Assembly (NCBI GenBank): GCA_013203185.1
Contig: JABMOS010000113.1
Coordinates: 6,677-70,676 of the forward strand
Reading direction: 5' to 3'
DNA length: 64,000 nt
Source of the DNA: Fidelibacterota bacterium
GTDB taxonomy: Bacteria; Fidelibacterota; UBA8477; JABMPR01
This document shows, in pieces, positions 47,606-57,544 of this stretch; the stretch's first letter is position 1; each line of letters begins with the position of its first letter. The notes under the pieces were generated by a model, which did not search any database, was not told where the DNA came from, and was given only the letters and a program-made list of their open reading frames with translations. The translations under genes and the position numbers were made by a program.

Positions 47606-50077
47606 TTATTTTACGAGCAAGCATTTTCCTGAAAGTTCCTGATTGCCCAAGGTTGCTTTAAAAATGTAGACGCCACTGGGGAGATTGTGTGCTTCCCAAT
47701 TGAGCACGAGGCCGCCCGGTCTGGCGTCTTGTTTCAACCTATCCACTTCACGACCATCCAGACTATAGAGTCGTAACTCAAGGACACCAGCTTCCTGAAT
47801 GCTGAATCTGAAGCTTGTACTGGCGTTAAAGGGGTTAGGGAAATGATCCTCTAAGTGAAAGATGTTAGGATTGATTTGTGGGGTATCAATGACATCACTA
47901 GAAATAAAGTTCACTCTGAAGTCATCAAAATAGATACTTCCTGCGTCCTTATTGTTGTCATCCGTTTCAGCCAGATAAATTTTAGTCCAGGTGATGGGAA
48001 AACTAAGGATTGCATTTGAGTTGCCCCAGTGAGGCGTTGCTTCAGTGAGCATAACAGCAATTTCTCGCCACTCATTATCCCAATTGATACCAGGAGCAGC
48101 GTCAGTGAAATTTAGGATGAATTTCTCATCTGAGGCGTTTTTAAACTCACCTCGAATCCAGTGGGCAGAATTGTCGCCATAAACCTGTATTGAGACTGAC
48201 TCTGGTGTTCCAGAAATAGGTATATTGCAATCCATGTAAAGCACACTGGTACCACCGGTAACAAGGTTATAATTCAATTTTCCAGAAGTAGGTGACGAAA
48301 CAAATTGTTCTGTATCTGGGACGAAGCTGCATTCTGACAAGTTTATGACTGCGCCACTGAGGGTAAAGTTGTTGGTATTGTCAAAATTGTCCAGAATGAC
48401 CGATGTGGAAGTGCCAACCATGAGAGGTACTGACCCGCTCACACCATGATATGATGCTTCAATTGAGCCCGATCCAGCATTCAGTGCGTGGACTGCGCCA
48501 TCAACTGATATGGATGCGATCTCAGGCGTTACCCACCAATCATATGAATCATAGTCAACCTGGATCAGATTTCCAAAACCATCCCTGGCTATGGCACTCA
48601 TGAGCTGAATATCATCAACTTCCAGTACAACTGGATCAGGAGTAAGCACGAGACTGGCAATATCCGTCACATGAACCAGCATGGTATCGCTAATAACACC
48701 ATGTTGAACATAAAGCAACCCGCTTGCCTCAGTGGAGGAAGCTGAGAAAAGACCTGTTTCTGATATTGAGCCAATAAGGGAATCGCATGACCAGAGAACT
48801 GAATCGCTATTTATGGTAACCGGGTTATAGTAGGTATCGGTTCCTGTGACTTCAAATTGGATCTGACTTTCCACCAGGGAAAACGTTTCTTCCCAGGGCA
48901 AATTAATACAAGCCAGTGGCCCCGTGGGTGCCTTTGAAATAGCCATGAGAGCGTTTGCCACAGAACGTTCTCCACCAGCATCAGAGGGGCTGCTTACCAC
49001 TTCGCCGCGTACCACCATGGCCGTTGATCCACCACCATCCAGGTTAATTCCCTGATAGATACCCCACTCCAGCATGTAGTCTGCGAGTTCAAAAAGACTC
49101 ATACCTACACTATAGCCTCCTTGGCGGCCATCAACTGTAAAGAAATAAACCACACTACTATCTGCGCTAAATCCCACAGCTGTTCTAGGATGGCGGTCAT
49201 GAGCGAAACTGGAGCCCACAGATTCAGCTTCCCATTCAACACTCCTGACGCCATTCCTGATAATACGTGGAGTCCCACCGATGAGTTCTTGTAGAATATT
49301 ATTTTCTGCAGGGTGAAGCAGTAATTGGATAGCCAGGGTATCCCCGACAAAAATGGAGTCATTGAGAAAGTCGCGTGCAAAGCCATGGCCTGAAAGTACG
49401 GCGCCCATATTTGTTGGGATGGGCATATTTCCAGATTCTGCTCCCATGAGGCTGTCTTTAGAAGTTACCACGGCATATTGTGGGGCATTGATACCTGGAG
49501 GGGGGTGAATAAACTGGACACTAATTTCTGTGCCCCACTGATTGGTACCAGTCGAAGCCCCATGATAGTGGTTATAGATAGTGAGCTGATTCTCTTGTCT
49601 CACTTCATTTACACCGTCGATGGAAATATTAGAGGAATTATTTTTAACAACTTGACCATTGTAATCCAGGATATTAATAAATGGTTTTTTAGATGCTGTC
49701 AGAGCGAACACAGAACGTGGATACGGTCGCTTGAGCAGGGTGCGGTTCACTATCTGGGCTCCAATGGGTACACCTCCGCTGGCATAAAAATCCCCGTTTA
49801 TGGCCCCAATGACGGTATGACCTGGGGCATTGGTGCGATTTGCCATGGATGAGGTTCGTTCATTGCCTTCTATAGCATCAAAAGCCTTTACTGTTTCAAG
49901 GGTATTCATTGTATCGGCTAGATCAACCTCAAGGATTTGAATATGCCAGGGACCAACGGGCAGGTATGCATGATGGTGAATAATACCGGGACCAACAGGT
50001 CGACTGGTAAGCTCCTGAGCAGCCAGGGAGATAAATGAAAGTGCAGTAAGCATTATCAGTAGTGATGATTTTTGCAT
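47606..50077 (-). CDS. Secreted phosphodiester glycosidase (NAGPA) family protein with Ig-like domains and a C-terminal sorting-type domain
   Basis: Signal peptide; AINGDFY, HPRTAVG, VDGRQ, NLDGGGST, ERSVAN; tail FPNPFN...LPSGVYIF...KCLLVK. Confidence 0.85.
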   Translation of the reverse strand: MQKSSLLIMLTALSFISLAAQELTSRPVGPGIIHHHAYLPVGPWHIQILEVDLADTMNTLETVKAFDAIEGNERTSSMANRTNAPGHTVIGAINGDFYASGGVPIGAQIVNRTLLKRPYPRSVFALTASKKPFINILDYNGQVVKNNSSNISIDGVNEVRQENQLTIYNHYHGASTGTNQWGTEISVQFIHPPPGINAPQYAVVTSKDSLMGAESGNMPIPTNMGAVLSGHGFARDFLNDSIFVGDTLAIQLLLHPAENNILQELIGGTPRIIRNGVRSVEWEAESVGSSFAHDRHPRTAVGFSADSSVVYFFTVDGRQGGYSVGMSLFELADYMLEWGIYQGINLDGGGSTAMVVRGEVVSSPSDAGGERSVANALMAISKAPTGPLACINLPWEETFSLVESQIQFEVTGTDTYYNPVTINSDSVLWSCDSLIGSISETGLFSASSTEASGLLYVQHGVISDTMLVHVTDIASLVLTPDPVVLEVDDIQLMSAIARDGFGNLIQVDYDSYDWWVTPEIASISVDGAVHALNAGSGSIEASYHGVSGSVPLMVGTSTSVILDNFDNTNNFTLSGAVINLSECSFVPDTEQFVSSPTSGKLNYNLVTGGTSVLYMDCNIPISGTPESVSIQVYGDNSAHWIRGEFKNASDEKFILNFTDAAPGINWDNEWREIAVMLTEATPHWGNSNAILSFPITWTKIYLAETDDNNKDAGSIYFDDFRVNFISSDVIDTPQINPNIFHLEDHFPNPFNASTSFRFSIQEAGVLELRLYSLDGREVDRLKQDARPGGLVLNWEAHNLPSGVYIFKATLGNQELSGKCLLVK

Positions 50078-50308
50078 GAGATTTTCTCCCGTTGGGCTAG
50101 GTCTGACATCTGATTTGTATCATGAGTTATCCAACTCCCTTGTCTGCAAAACTGATGAATGAAAAGAATTTATACTTTTATTGAAGGTGGCCGTAGGGTC
50201 CTCAAAATTTGATTTAATTTTCATTATATTTTCTCTAATGGTGAGAATATAACCTCGCAGAATTTTGTTTGTAGGAGTTTGTTAATTTTATTCACAAATT
50301 GAGTTTAG

Positions 50309-50337
50309 AAAAAAAGCCACCATTAATGGTGGCTTTT
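50309..50337 (-). terminator. Rho-independent terminator
   Basis: AAAAAAAGCCACCAT-TA-ATGGTGGCTTTT. Confidence 0.85.
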
Positions 50338-50358
50338 AATGTGAGATGTTTGGATTTA

Positions 50359-51597
50359 CTAAAAGGTATAGACCAAATCAGCACAAACACCAAGGGTTCC
50401 ATACAAATCATTGAAGATCATTTGGGGTCCTGTTATCCAAAAGGTATTGTTAACCAGGATATCCAATTGGAGATCACCATAATTAAAGCCCATCCCGGCC
50501 TTGTAACTGTAGGCACCATTACCACCCAGGGAGAATGTTGAGTAAGTATCCTCATCATCTTGACTGCCAGAGACGTAGACATTTTTTGTGCTGGTGAATC
50601 CCAGAGTTGTGATTTGTCTCTCCATTCCAAATCTTAGGGTAGTGTATTTTAGCTTGGCTTCCAGCCCAATATTCAAAATTGGGGCAACAAGACCAAAGCT
50701 CATATCAGTATCTGTTGATTCTGATCCACTCAATTTGCCTTCATCTGACATTCGTGAGAAAAACAAAGAACCCCCAAGGCCATAGACCAGAAAAATTTTG
50801 TCGTCGGCCAAGTTCTGATTGTTAAATACTCTATAGGTAGAATTAATGGCGAATTGATTGTCAGATTCGTCTTCTAATTTCGTATTAGCGCTAGTGTATT
50901 CACTGGATCCTCCTTGGTAGGCTAAACCAAATACAGCATAACTATTGTCAAAGAAAAACAGGCCTGAATTTGATCGTGCTTTCACTTGTAGGGCAAAACT
51001 GAGTTTACTGGATTTCCCCTCTGCGCTGGTGCTTGAACCGCCAGATTCATAATCACCAGTAAAACTACCATGAGGTGTTGGTGCAAGGCCCAGGAGACTA
51101 TTAATGTTGCTTGGAGTCAAACCGAAGGAGAGGGAAGTTGAAAGTTCCATCTCCTTTGTATCAACCCCATATTCGAGGTCAACCATAATATTTGTCTGGC
51201 TCAACTTTTCTTCGCTGGTAGTCGGAGTGGTTTCTTTATCATCATCAACTTCAGTTTGGCTGGTAATCCCAAAGCGGGCACCCATACGCACAGCTGACCG
51301 TGGACCAAGACTTCGAATGATGTTGAAGTAATCATCTTGCTGGAGACTTCCACCGTAGAAACCCCAGGATTTGGCCGAGTCACCAACGACGAGCAGATAA
51401 TTTGGGTTCGCAAGATGAATATCTTGGAAATAGATAAGATTCATGTCGTTTATCCTCTGTGGAAACAACTGAATGGACGCATCATCACCTGGCAGCATAT
51501 AAGGATTATTCCCCAGTGCCTGGACGCGCTTATCAGTGGCATCAAGAGTTGAAATAGCAACAAGCAGGATGAGACTCATGACGAGCTTTTTTTTCAT
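50359..51597 (-). CDS. Hypothetical outer-membrane beta-barrel protein
   Basis: Signal peptide, RVQALGNN N-terminus, amphipathic strands with S/T/D-rich loops, C-terminal VYTF. Confidence 0.75.
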   Translation of the reverse strand: MKKKLVMSLILLVAISTLDATDKRVQALGNNPYMLPGDDASIQLFPQRINDMNLIYFQDIHLANPNYLLVVGDSAKSWGFYGGSLQQDDYFNIIRSLGPRSAVRMGARFGITSQTEVDDDKETTPTTSEEKLSQTNIMVDLEYGVDTKEMELSTSLSFGLTPSNINSLLGLAPTPHGSFTGDYESGGSSTSAEGKSSKLSFALQVKARSNSGLFFFDNSYAVFGLAYQGGSSEYTSANTKLEDESDNQFAINSTYRVFNNQNLADDKIFLVYGLGGSLFFSRMSDEGKLSGSESTDTDMSFGLVAPILNIGLEAKLKYTTLRFGMERQITTLGFTSTKNVYVSGSQDDEDTYSTFSLGGNGAYSYKAGMGFNYGDLQLDILVNNTFWITGPQMIFNDLYGTLGVCADLVYTF

Positions 51598-51714
51598 TTG
51601 TTTACCCCCTTATGGTAAGTGTGGTTTAGCTCTAATTCGTCACATGATAATACGAAAATCTTTAATCTCATATCCCGAATTTTTTTTTTTGAGCCCTGTG
51701 ATATGGATCTATTG

Positions 51715-51731
51715 GTGACAAATAATATCAT
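51715..51731. promoter_or_regulatory. 17-bp palindromic site (copy 4)
   Basis: GTGAC-AAATAAT-ATCAT in the divergent region before hybO; partial copy AAGAC-AAATTCT-ATCAT at 51851. Confidence 0.45.
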
Positions 51732-51996
51732 GATAAGCTACTATTAATAAGCGTTTTATGAAAAAATATTCATTCTATAAATACAGTATTTGTAACTACC
51801 GACCTTCACACTATATTCCTCACGCAAATACTGAGAAAAATGAATCATTTAAGACAAATTCTATCATGAATTTCCGCTGTGTAATCTACACAGCGTTCTC
51901 ATTTGAATTCTTCTCAATGTCAGATTCAATCTGATCTTTTGCCATCATTCTGATGAAAAAGCCAAGGCGTTAACAATAGCTGGAAAGGGTAAATGA

Positions 51997-53142
51997 ATGG
52001 GACAACTATTAACATCCGATGAATCCTTAGACATATCCATCTCAGAGGAGCTGGAAGCACAAGGAGTTAGCCGACGAAACTTTCTGAAGTTTTGTACTGC
52101 CATCACTGCTGCCATGGGTCTACCTGCAAGCATGGTTGCCAGGGTTGCAGAAACTATTACAAGTCCAACCCGGACTCCTGTGATTTGGTTGCACTTCCAG
52201 GAATGTACGGGTTGTACAGAATCACTTTTGAGAGCAACACATCCAACTGTTGAAGAATTGGTTTTGGATATGATCTCTCTTGACTATTCAGAGACCCTGT
52301 GTGCTGCGGCAGGCCATCAGGTTGAAAAATCCCTTAATGATTCAGCGACATTGAATGAAGGTAAATACATCCTCGTAGTGGAAGGCTCAATTCCAGTAAA
52401 AGAAGATGGTATTTATTGCAAGATTGCTGATAGAACTGCGTTGGACATCTTGAAAGATTATGGAAATCGGGCTGCTGCTGTTGTGGCCATCGGATCCTGT
52501 GCCTCCTGGGGTGGTGTTCAATCTTCAAGCCCAAATCCCACTGGAGCAACTGGTGTACACGAAATTATTACAGACAAGCCAGTCATCAACCTTCCTGGTT
52601 GCCCTGCAAGTCCGTATAATTTGCTCTCAACGATTCTGTATTATCTGACTCTGGGCAAACTTCCCCAATTAGACAGCAAAGCTCGTCCAAAATTTGCTTA
52701 TGGCCGTCTCATTCATGAACATTGTGAACGTCGTCCTCATTTTGATGCAGGTCGTTTTGCTTTGCAATTTGGTGACGATGGGCATCGTGAAGGCTACTGC
52801 CTTTACAAACTGGGATGTAAAGGTCCCGAAACCTTTAACAATTGTTCCTCCATTCTATATGGTGATGTGGGTTCAGGCGCCTGGCCTGTTGGAACGGGCC
52901 ATCCTTGTTTTGGTTGTTCAGAAGAGGGTGTGGGATTCACCAAGTACATTCACGAACAATCTGAAGTATTTACCGATACACCACCTGCATCATACGCACA
53001 AATCTCTGGTGACAAGGCCGGTGGCCTCACTGTGGGTGGCGCTGCTGTCGCAGGAGCCGTGGGAGGTGTCATTGTTGGTGCCAGTGCTATGGCTGCTAAA
53101 AAGATGAAGGCAGAAGAAACTGCTCCGGAATCAGACGCATAA
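51997..53142 (+). CDS. hybO: [NiFe] hydrogenase small subunit (Hyd-2 type)
   Basis: SRRNFLK Tat signal, QECTGCTES, LPGCP, HEHCERR, CLYKLGCKGP, GHPCFGC, C-terminal anchor. Confidence 0.93.
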   Translation: MGQLLTSDESLDISISEELEAQGVSRRNFLKFCTAITAAMGLPASMVARVAETITSPTRTPVIWLHFQECTGCTESLLRATHPTVEELVLDMISLDYSETLCAAAGHQVEKSLNDSATLNEGKYILVVEGSIPVKEDGIYCKIADRTALDILKDYGNRAAAVVAIGSCASWGGVQSSSPNPTGATGVHEIITDKPVINLPGCPASPYNLLSTILYYLTLGKLPQLDSKARPKFAYGRLIHEHCERRPHFDAGRFALQFGDDGHREGYCLYKLGCKGPETFNNCSSILYGDVGSGAWPVGTGHPCFGCSEEGVGFTKYIHEQSEVFTDTPPASYAQISGDKAGGLTVGGAAVAGAVGGVIVGASAMAAKKMKAEETAPESDA

Positions 53143-53149
53143 GGAGTTT

Positions 53150-54124
53150 ATGATGAACCTTGAACGACGAGATTTTTTAAAGGTTCTTTCGGTCGGCGCG
53201 TTGACTGCTGGTAATGTCACAAGCGTATTCGCTGATATTAGAAAGACACTGTCTGCAGATGCTGTTGGTATTCTGTATGATGGTACGATCTGTATAGGCT
53301 GCAAAGCTTGTGAGGCTGCTTGTAAACAGTACAATGATATGCCGCCTGAAAGCGGAAAATTAGAAAAAGCTCAAGGCGTTGATGGAATCTGGGATGAATC
53401 CTATGATCTATCAGAACAAACCTTGAATAAGATAAAGCTCTACGAACATGGTAGTGCCTTAGAACGCAATCGCGAGGAAAACGGCTTTGCTTTTGTGAAG
53501 AAAGCCTGCATGCATTGTGTGGATCCAGATTGCGTATCCGCATGCCCGGTAACAGCGCTGACAAAAAATAGTGCAACCGGTGTTGTGGAATATGATAAGG
53601 ATGCTTGCATCGGATGTCGCTATTGTATGGTAGCTTGCCCCTATAATGTGCCGAAATTTGAATACGCCAAAGCCATTCCTGAAATTCAGAAATGTCAAAT
53701 GTGTGATCATCGTCAGGCTGAGGGTGGCATCCCTGCCTGTTGTGAATTTTGTCCCACAGGTGCATCGCTTTTTGGTAAGGTGACTGACCTTCTGGAAGAA
53801 GCCCGAAAAAGAGTCAAACTGACAGCTGGTACTTCCTATGAATATCCCATGCGTAGTCTGGCAGAGGGTGATGTTAGTCCCAAAAAGGTCGCAAAATATA
53901 TAAATTATATATATGGTGAAAAAGAAGGAGGCGGAACTCAGTATCTACTTCTTTCAGCTATTCCCTTTACAAAACTGGGCTTACCAGAAGTTTCTGAGAC
54001 ATCATCTGCATCCAGGTCTGAGGGTATCCAGCATGGAATCTACAAGGGCATGATCGCTCCGGTAGCACTCCTGGGTGGATTGCTTTATGGTGCCTATCAA
54101 ACAACTAAGAATGCAGAAGAATAG
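53150..54124 (+). CDS. hybA: Hydrogenase-2 Fe-S subunit
   Basis: ERRDFLK Tat signal; CIGCKACEAAC, CMHCVDPDCVSACP, CIGCRYCMVACP, CQMC...CCEFCP; IYGEKEGGGTQ. Confidence 0.92.
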   Translation: MMNLERRDFLKVLSVGALTAGNVTSVFADIRKTLSADAVGILYDGTICIGCKACEAACKQYNDMPPESGKLEKAQGVDGIWDESYDLSEQTLNKIKLYEHGSALERNREENGFAFVKKACMHCVDPDCVSACPVTALTKNSATGVVEYDKDACIGCRYCMVACPYNVPKFEYAKAIPEIQKCQMCDHRQAEGGIPACCEFCPTGASLFGKVTDLLEEARKRVKLTAGTSYEYPMRSLAEGDVSPKKVAKYINYIYGEKEGGGTQYLLLSAIPFTKLGLPEVSETSSASRSEGIQHGIYKGMIAPVALLGGLLYGAYQTTKNAEE

Positions 54125-54133
54125 GAGCTGACT

Positions 54134-55273
54134 ATGCACGAAAACAAAGCTCTCGGCGGCAGACTGCTCACCAAGCCATTCTGGGTTCTATTAGGTTTGG
54201 CCATGATAGCCGGTTTACTCCTTATCAAACGGTTTCTCTTTGGGATTGGTGCTGTTACCAATCTATCAGACGGATATCCATGGGGTATCTGGATTGTTTA
54301 TGACGTTTTAGTGGGAACGGCCCTGGGTTGCGGTGGATATTCCATCGCCCTCCTGGTGTATATCTTTAACAAGGGAGAATATCATCCCTTAGTTAGATCC
54401 GCTTTAATGACCAGTGCCTTTGGGTATACCCTTGCTGGTGTATCAATTTTTATCGATATCGGTCGCTACTGGCAGATGTATAACGTATTTCTGCCCTGGC
54501 ACATCAATCTGAACTCAATCATGTTCGAAGTAGCAGCCTGTATTGGTGCCTATGTGTTTGTCCTTTGGATTGAGTTCTCACCGACCTTCCTGGAACATCG
54601 GCAATCACTTGAAAAGAAAAAGAAACTCAACAAGATACTCTTTTTCTTCATTGCCCTGGGGGTATTACTACCCACCATGCATCAGTCCAGCCTGGGTTCA
54701 TTGATGATCATTGCTGGTGAAAAACTATCACCGATCTGGCAAACTGGCTGGTTACCCTTGTTGTTCTTGATGTCAGCCATCACCATGGGATATGCTGTTG
54801 TCATTTTTGAATCCCTATTTTCAGCTGTCGCGCTCAAACGACCTCTGGATGAAACACCCATACTAGGAAAACTAAGTGGGATTATGATTCCTCTCTTGGT
54901 GCTATTCCTATTGCTACGATTTGGCGATCTCATGTGGCGAGGACAGTTGGGAAATATTTTTAATGATGGAATGTTAGGAGCGGTCTTCGTTGTTGAAAAT
55001 CTATTATTCCTGATTCCTATTTTCATGTTGGCCCCAGCGAAAAATCGTATGCATGCCACAACTTTGTTCTGGTCTTCTGGATCCATGATCCTGGCAGGAG
55101 CGCTCTATCGTTTTGACACCTTTCTGGTAGCGTTCAATCCTGGTATTGGATATCACTACTTTCCATCAGCATCAGAAATCTTGATCACAGTTGGTATCAT
55201 CTCCATTGAGATCTTGGCTTACCTGATATTCGTCAAAAAGCTCCCGGTATTACCGGCAATCAAACATTCATAA
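54134..55273 (+). CDS. hybB: Hydrogenase-2 integral membrane subunit (NrfD-like)
   Basis: GIGAVTNLSDGYPWGIW, YHPLVRSAL, DIGRYW, LPTMHQSSLG. Confidence 0.92.
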   Translation: MHENKALGGRLLTKPFWVLLGLAMIAGLLLIKRFLFGIGAVTNLSDGYPWGIWIVYDVLVGTALGCGGYSIALLVYIFNKGEYHPLVRSALMTSAFGYTLAGVSIFIDIGRYWQMYNVFLPWHINLNSIMFEVAACIGAYVFVLWIEFSPTFLEHRQSLEKKKKLNKILFFFIALGVLLPTMHQSSLGSLMIIAGEKLSPIWQTGWLPLLFLMSAITMGYAVVIFESLFSAVALKRPLDETPILGKLSGIMIPLLVLFLLLRFGDLMWRGQLGNIFNDGMLGAVFVVENLLFLIPIFMLAPAKNRMHATTLFWSSGSMILAGALYRFDTFLVAFNPGIGYHYFPSASEILITVGIISIEILAYLIFVKKLPVLPAIKHS

Positions 55274-55297
55274 ACTGAAGATATGAGGATTATATAA

Positions 55298-57004
55298 ATG
55301 AGTAAAAGAATCGTAGTTGATCCGGTCACTCGCATAGAGGGACACTTAAGAATTGATTGTGATATTAAGGATGGCAAGGTTGCTAAAGCCTGGTCATCAG
55401 GCCAGATGTGGCGTGGGATTGAAACCATTCTAAAAGGTCGCGATCCACGGGATGCCTGGGTCTTTACCCAAAGAATCTGTGGTGTATGTACCACTGTGCA
55501 TGCCATTGCTTCCGTACGAACGGTTGAAAATGCACTGGAAATGGAAATTCCTGTTAACGCACAGTTTATCCGCAACATGGTCATTGCTGCCCATGGTATT
55601 CACGATCATATCGTGCATTTCTATCATCTATCCGCTCTGGATTGGGTAGACGTTGTGTCGGCCCTGTCTGCTGATCCAAAAGCTGCCTCAAAACTTGCTC
55701 AGAGTCTGTCTGACCATCCCAATAATGGCTGGCAGGAATACAAGGCGGTACAGGATAAGTTGAAGACATTTGTGGGATCAGGACAATTGGGTATTTTTGC
55801 CAATGGTTACTGGGGTCATCCCGCCATGAAATTACCACCAGAGGTCAATCTCATAGCAGCAGCCCATTATCTGGAAGCCTTCGAGATTCAGAGAAAAGCA
55901 AACCAGATCACAACTATCCTGGGATCAAAAACACCTCATATCCAGAACCTGGCTGTAGGTGGCGTTTCCAATCCTATTAACCCTGACAGCCAAGCTGCTT
56001 TAAATATGGAACGACTGCAGATGGTTAAAGGTCTCATGGATCAATTGAAATCCTTTATCTACAATGCCTATATCGTGGATGTAGCTGTCGTCGCATCCTT
56101 CTATCAAGACTGGCTAGGTTATGGTTCAGGTGTAACGGATTATCTCTCCGTACCCGACTTTCCAACTGATACCAAGGGAACCCAATTTGGTACTCCAGGT
56201 GGATATATCCCTGGTGGAGATATTAGCAAACTCAAACCAATCACTTCCTTCCAGGACAAGTTTTTCCGTGACGGTGTCAAGGAAAGTGTGAAGCACTCAT
56301 GGTACAAGGGTGAGGGGAATTTGCATCCGTATAAGGGTGAAACTGAACCCCATTATACTGATTTTGAAGATGATGGTAAATATAGTTGGGTGAAAGCGCC
56401 AACATTCCTGGGCAAACCAGCCCAGGTCGGACCTCTGGCTAATGTGCTTAACATGTATGCCCAAGGTCATGAGACAACGCAGAAAGTTGCCGGTGTTGCC
56501 TTTGCCAAGATCAAGGCCATCACAAAATCTAAATCTGATATACCAATCAGTGTTCTCCATTCTACGCTGGGTCGCCACGCTGCCCGCGCTATTAGAACTG
56601 CCGTACTTTTTGAAGAACTTGAGAAAAATTACAATCTCTTGATAAACAATATTGCCGGTGGTGATTTTGAAACCTTTAACCCACCTGTCTTTCCAAAGGG
56701 CGAGCAACAGGGTTTTGGTTTTCATGAAGCCCCTCGTGGTGTGCTATCACATTGGATTGTTATTAAAAATGGTAAGATCGAGAATTATCAAGCCGTGGTA
56801 CCTTCCACCTGGAATGCAGCACCTCGGAATGATGATGATGCAGTAGGCCCCTATGAGGCATCCCTCGTGGGTAATCCCATTGCAGATGAAGAAAAACCAT
56901 TAGAGGTACTACGGACAGTACACTCCTTCGATCCTTGTCTGGCATGTGCAATTCACCTGCATGACAACAAACGGAAGAATATTTCGAAAGTCCATGTCCT
57001 CTAA
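55298..57004 (+). CDS. hybC: [NiFe] hydrogenase large subunit (group 1c-like)
   Basis: DPVTRIEGH, QRICGVCTTVH (L1), SFDPCLACAIH (L2) with a cleavable C-terminal extension. Confidence 0.95.
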   Translation: MSKRIVVDPVTRIEGHLRIDCDIKDGKVAKAWSSGQMWRGIETILKGRDPRDAWVFTQRICGVCTTVHAIASVRTVENALEMEIPVNAQFIRNMVIAAHGIHDHIVHFYHLSALDWVDVVSALSADPKAASKLAQSLSDHPNNGWQEYKAVQDKLKTFVGSGQLGIFANGYWGHPAMKLPPEVNLIAAAHYLEAFEIQRKANQITTILGSKTPHIQNLAVGGVSNPINPDSQAALNMERLQMVKGLMDQLKSFIYNAYIVDVAVVASFYQDWLGYGSGVTDYLSVPDFPTDTKGTQFGTPGGYIPGGDISKLKPITSFQDKFFRDGVKESVKHSWYKGEGNLHPYKGETEPHYTDFEDDGKYSWVKAPTFLGKPAQVGPLANVLNMYAQGHETTQKVAGVAFAKIKAITKSKSDIPISVLHSTLGRHAARAIRTAVLFEELEKNYNLLINNIAGGDFETFNPPVFPKGEQQGFGFHEAPRGVLSHWIVIKNGKIENYQAVVPSTWNAAPRNDDDAVGPYEASLVGNPIADEEKPLEVLRTVHSFDPCLACAIHLHDNKRKNISKVHVL

Positions 57005-57485
57005 CCCCGAGGTGGTCGTCCTCGGCCTGGGTAATATCCTCATGGAAGATGAGGGTGTTGGTGTCCATGCCGCAAACCACCTCCAAGAGCATTACCACTT
57101 TGAGCCAGAAATCGAGATCGTTGATGGGGGAACCAGCGGTCTCGATCTTCTGCCTTTTTTTGGACCAGAAAAATCTATATTAATTATTGATGCTGTTAAT
57201 TTTGATATGGAGCCAGGTACTGTTGGTAAGCTAGAAGACGATGCAATCCTCGCTCAATTAGATCCCAAAATTTCACTTCATCATTTGGGTCTTTCCGATC
57301 TCATCAGTATCGCCGAACTTACTGATAAGAAGGCCAAGCGAATGACATTGCTGGGCATTCAACCCAAGTCCATGGAGAATCTGGATCTGGAAATGACACC
57401 AACTATCAAGGGGGTGTTTAACAAGGTTATTGAAAATGCTCTGCTGATTTTAAAAGAATGGGGCATAGAGAACCGCAGGCAATAA
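56994..57485 (+). CDS. hybD: Hydrogenase maturation endopeptidase (HyaD/HybD family)
   Basis: LGLGNILMEDEGVG, DGGTSG, IIDAV, SLHHLGL. Confidence 0.92.
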   Translation: MSSNPEVVVLGLGNILMEDEGVGVHAANHLQEHYHFEPEIEIVDGGTSGLDLLPFFGPEKSILIIDAVNFDMEPGTVGKLEDDAILAQLDPKISLHHLGLSDLISIAELTDKKAKRMTLLGIQPKSMENLDLEMTPTIKGVFNKVIENALLILKEWGIENRRQ

Positions 57486-57544
57486 CCTCAACTCTTGAAT
57501 TTATTGACAAATACCTTGGCGTGATATTTGAACGTTGATGAATC

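Noticed and set aside
50279-50297. Rex-like site TTGTTAA-TTTTA-TTCACAA
   Set aside because: The spacer is one base longer than the Rex consensus and the context is very AT-rich.
55298-57004. [NiFeSe] or O2-tolerant hydrogenase
   Set aside because: The L2 motif is DPCLAC with Cys codons and no in-frame TGA; the small subunit lacks the supernumerary cysteines.
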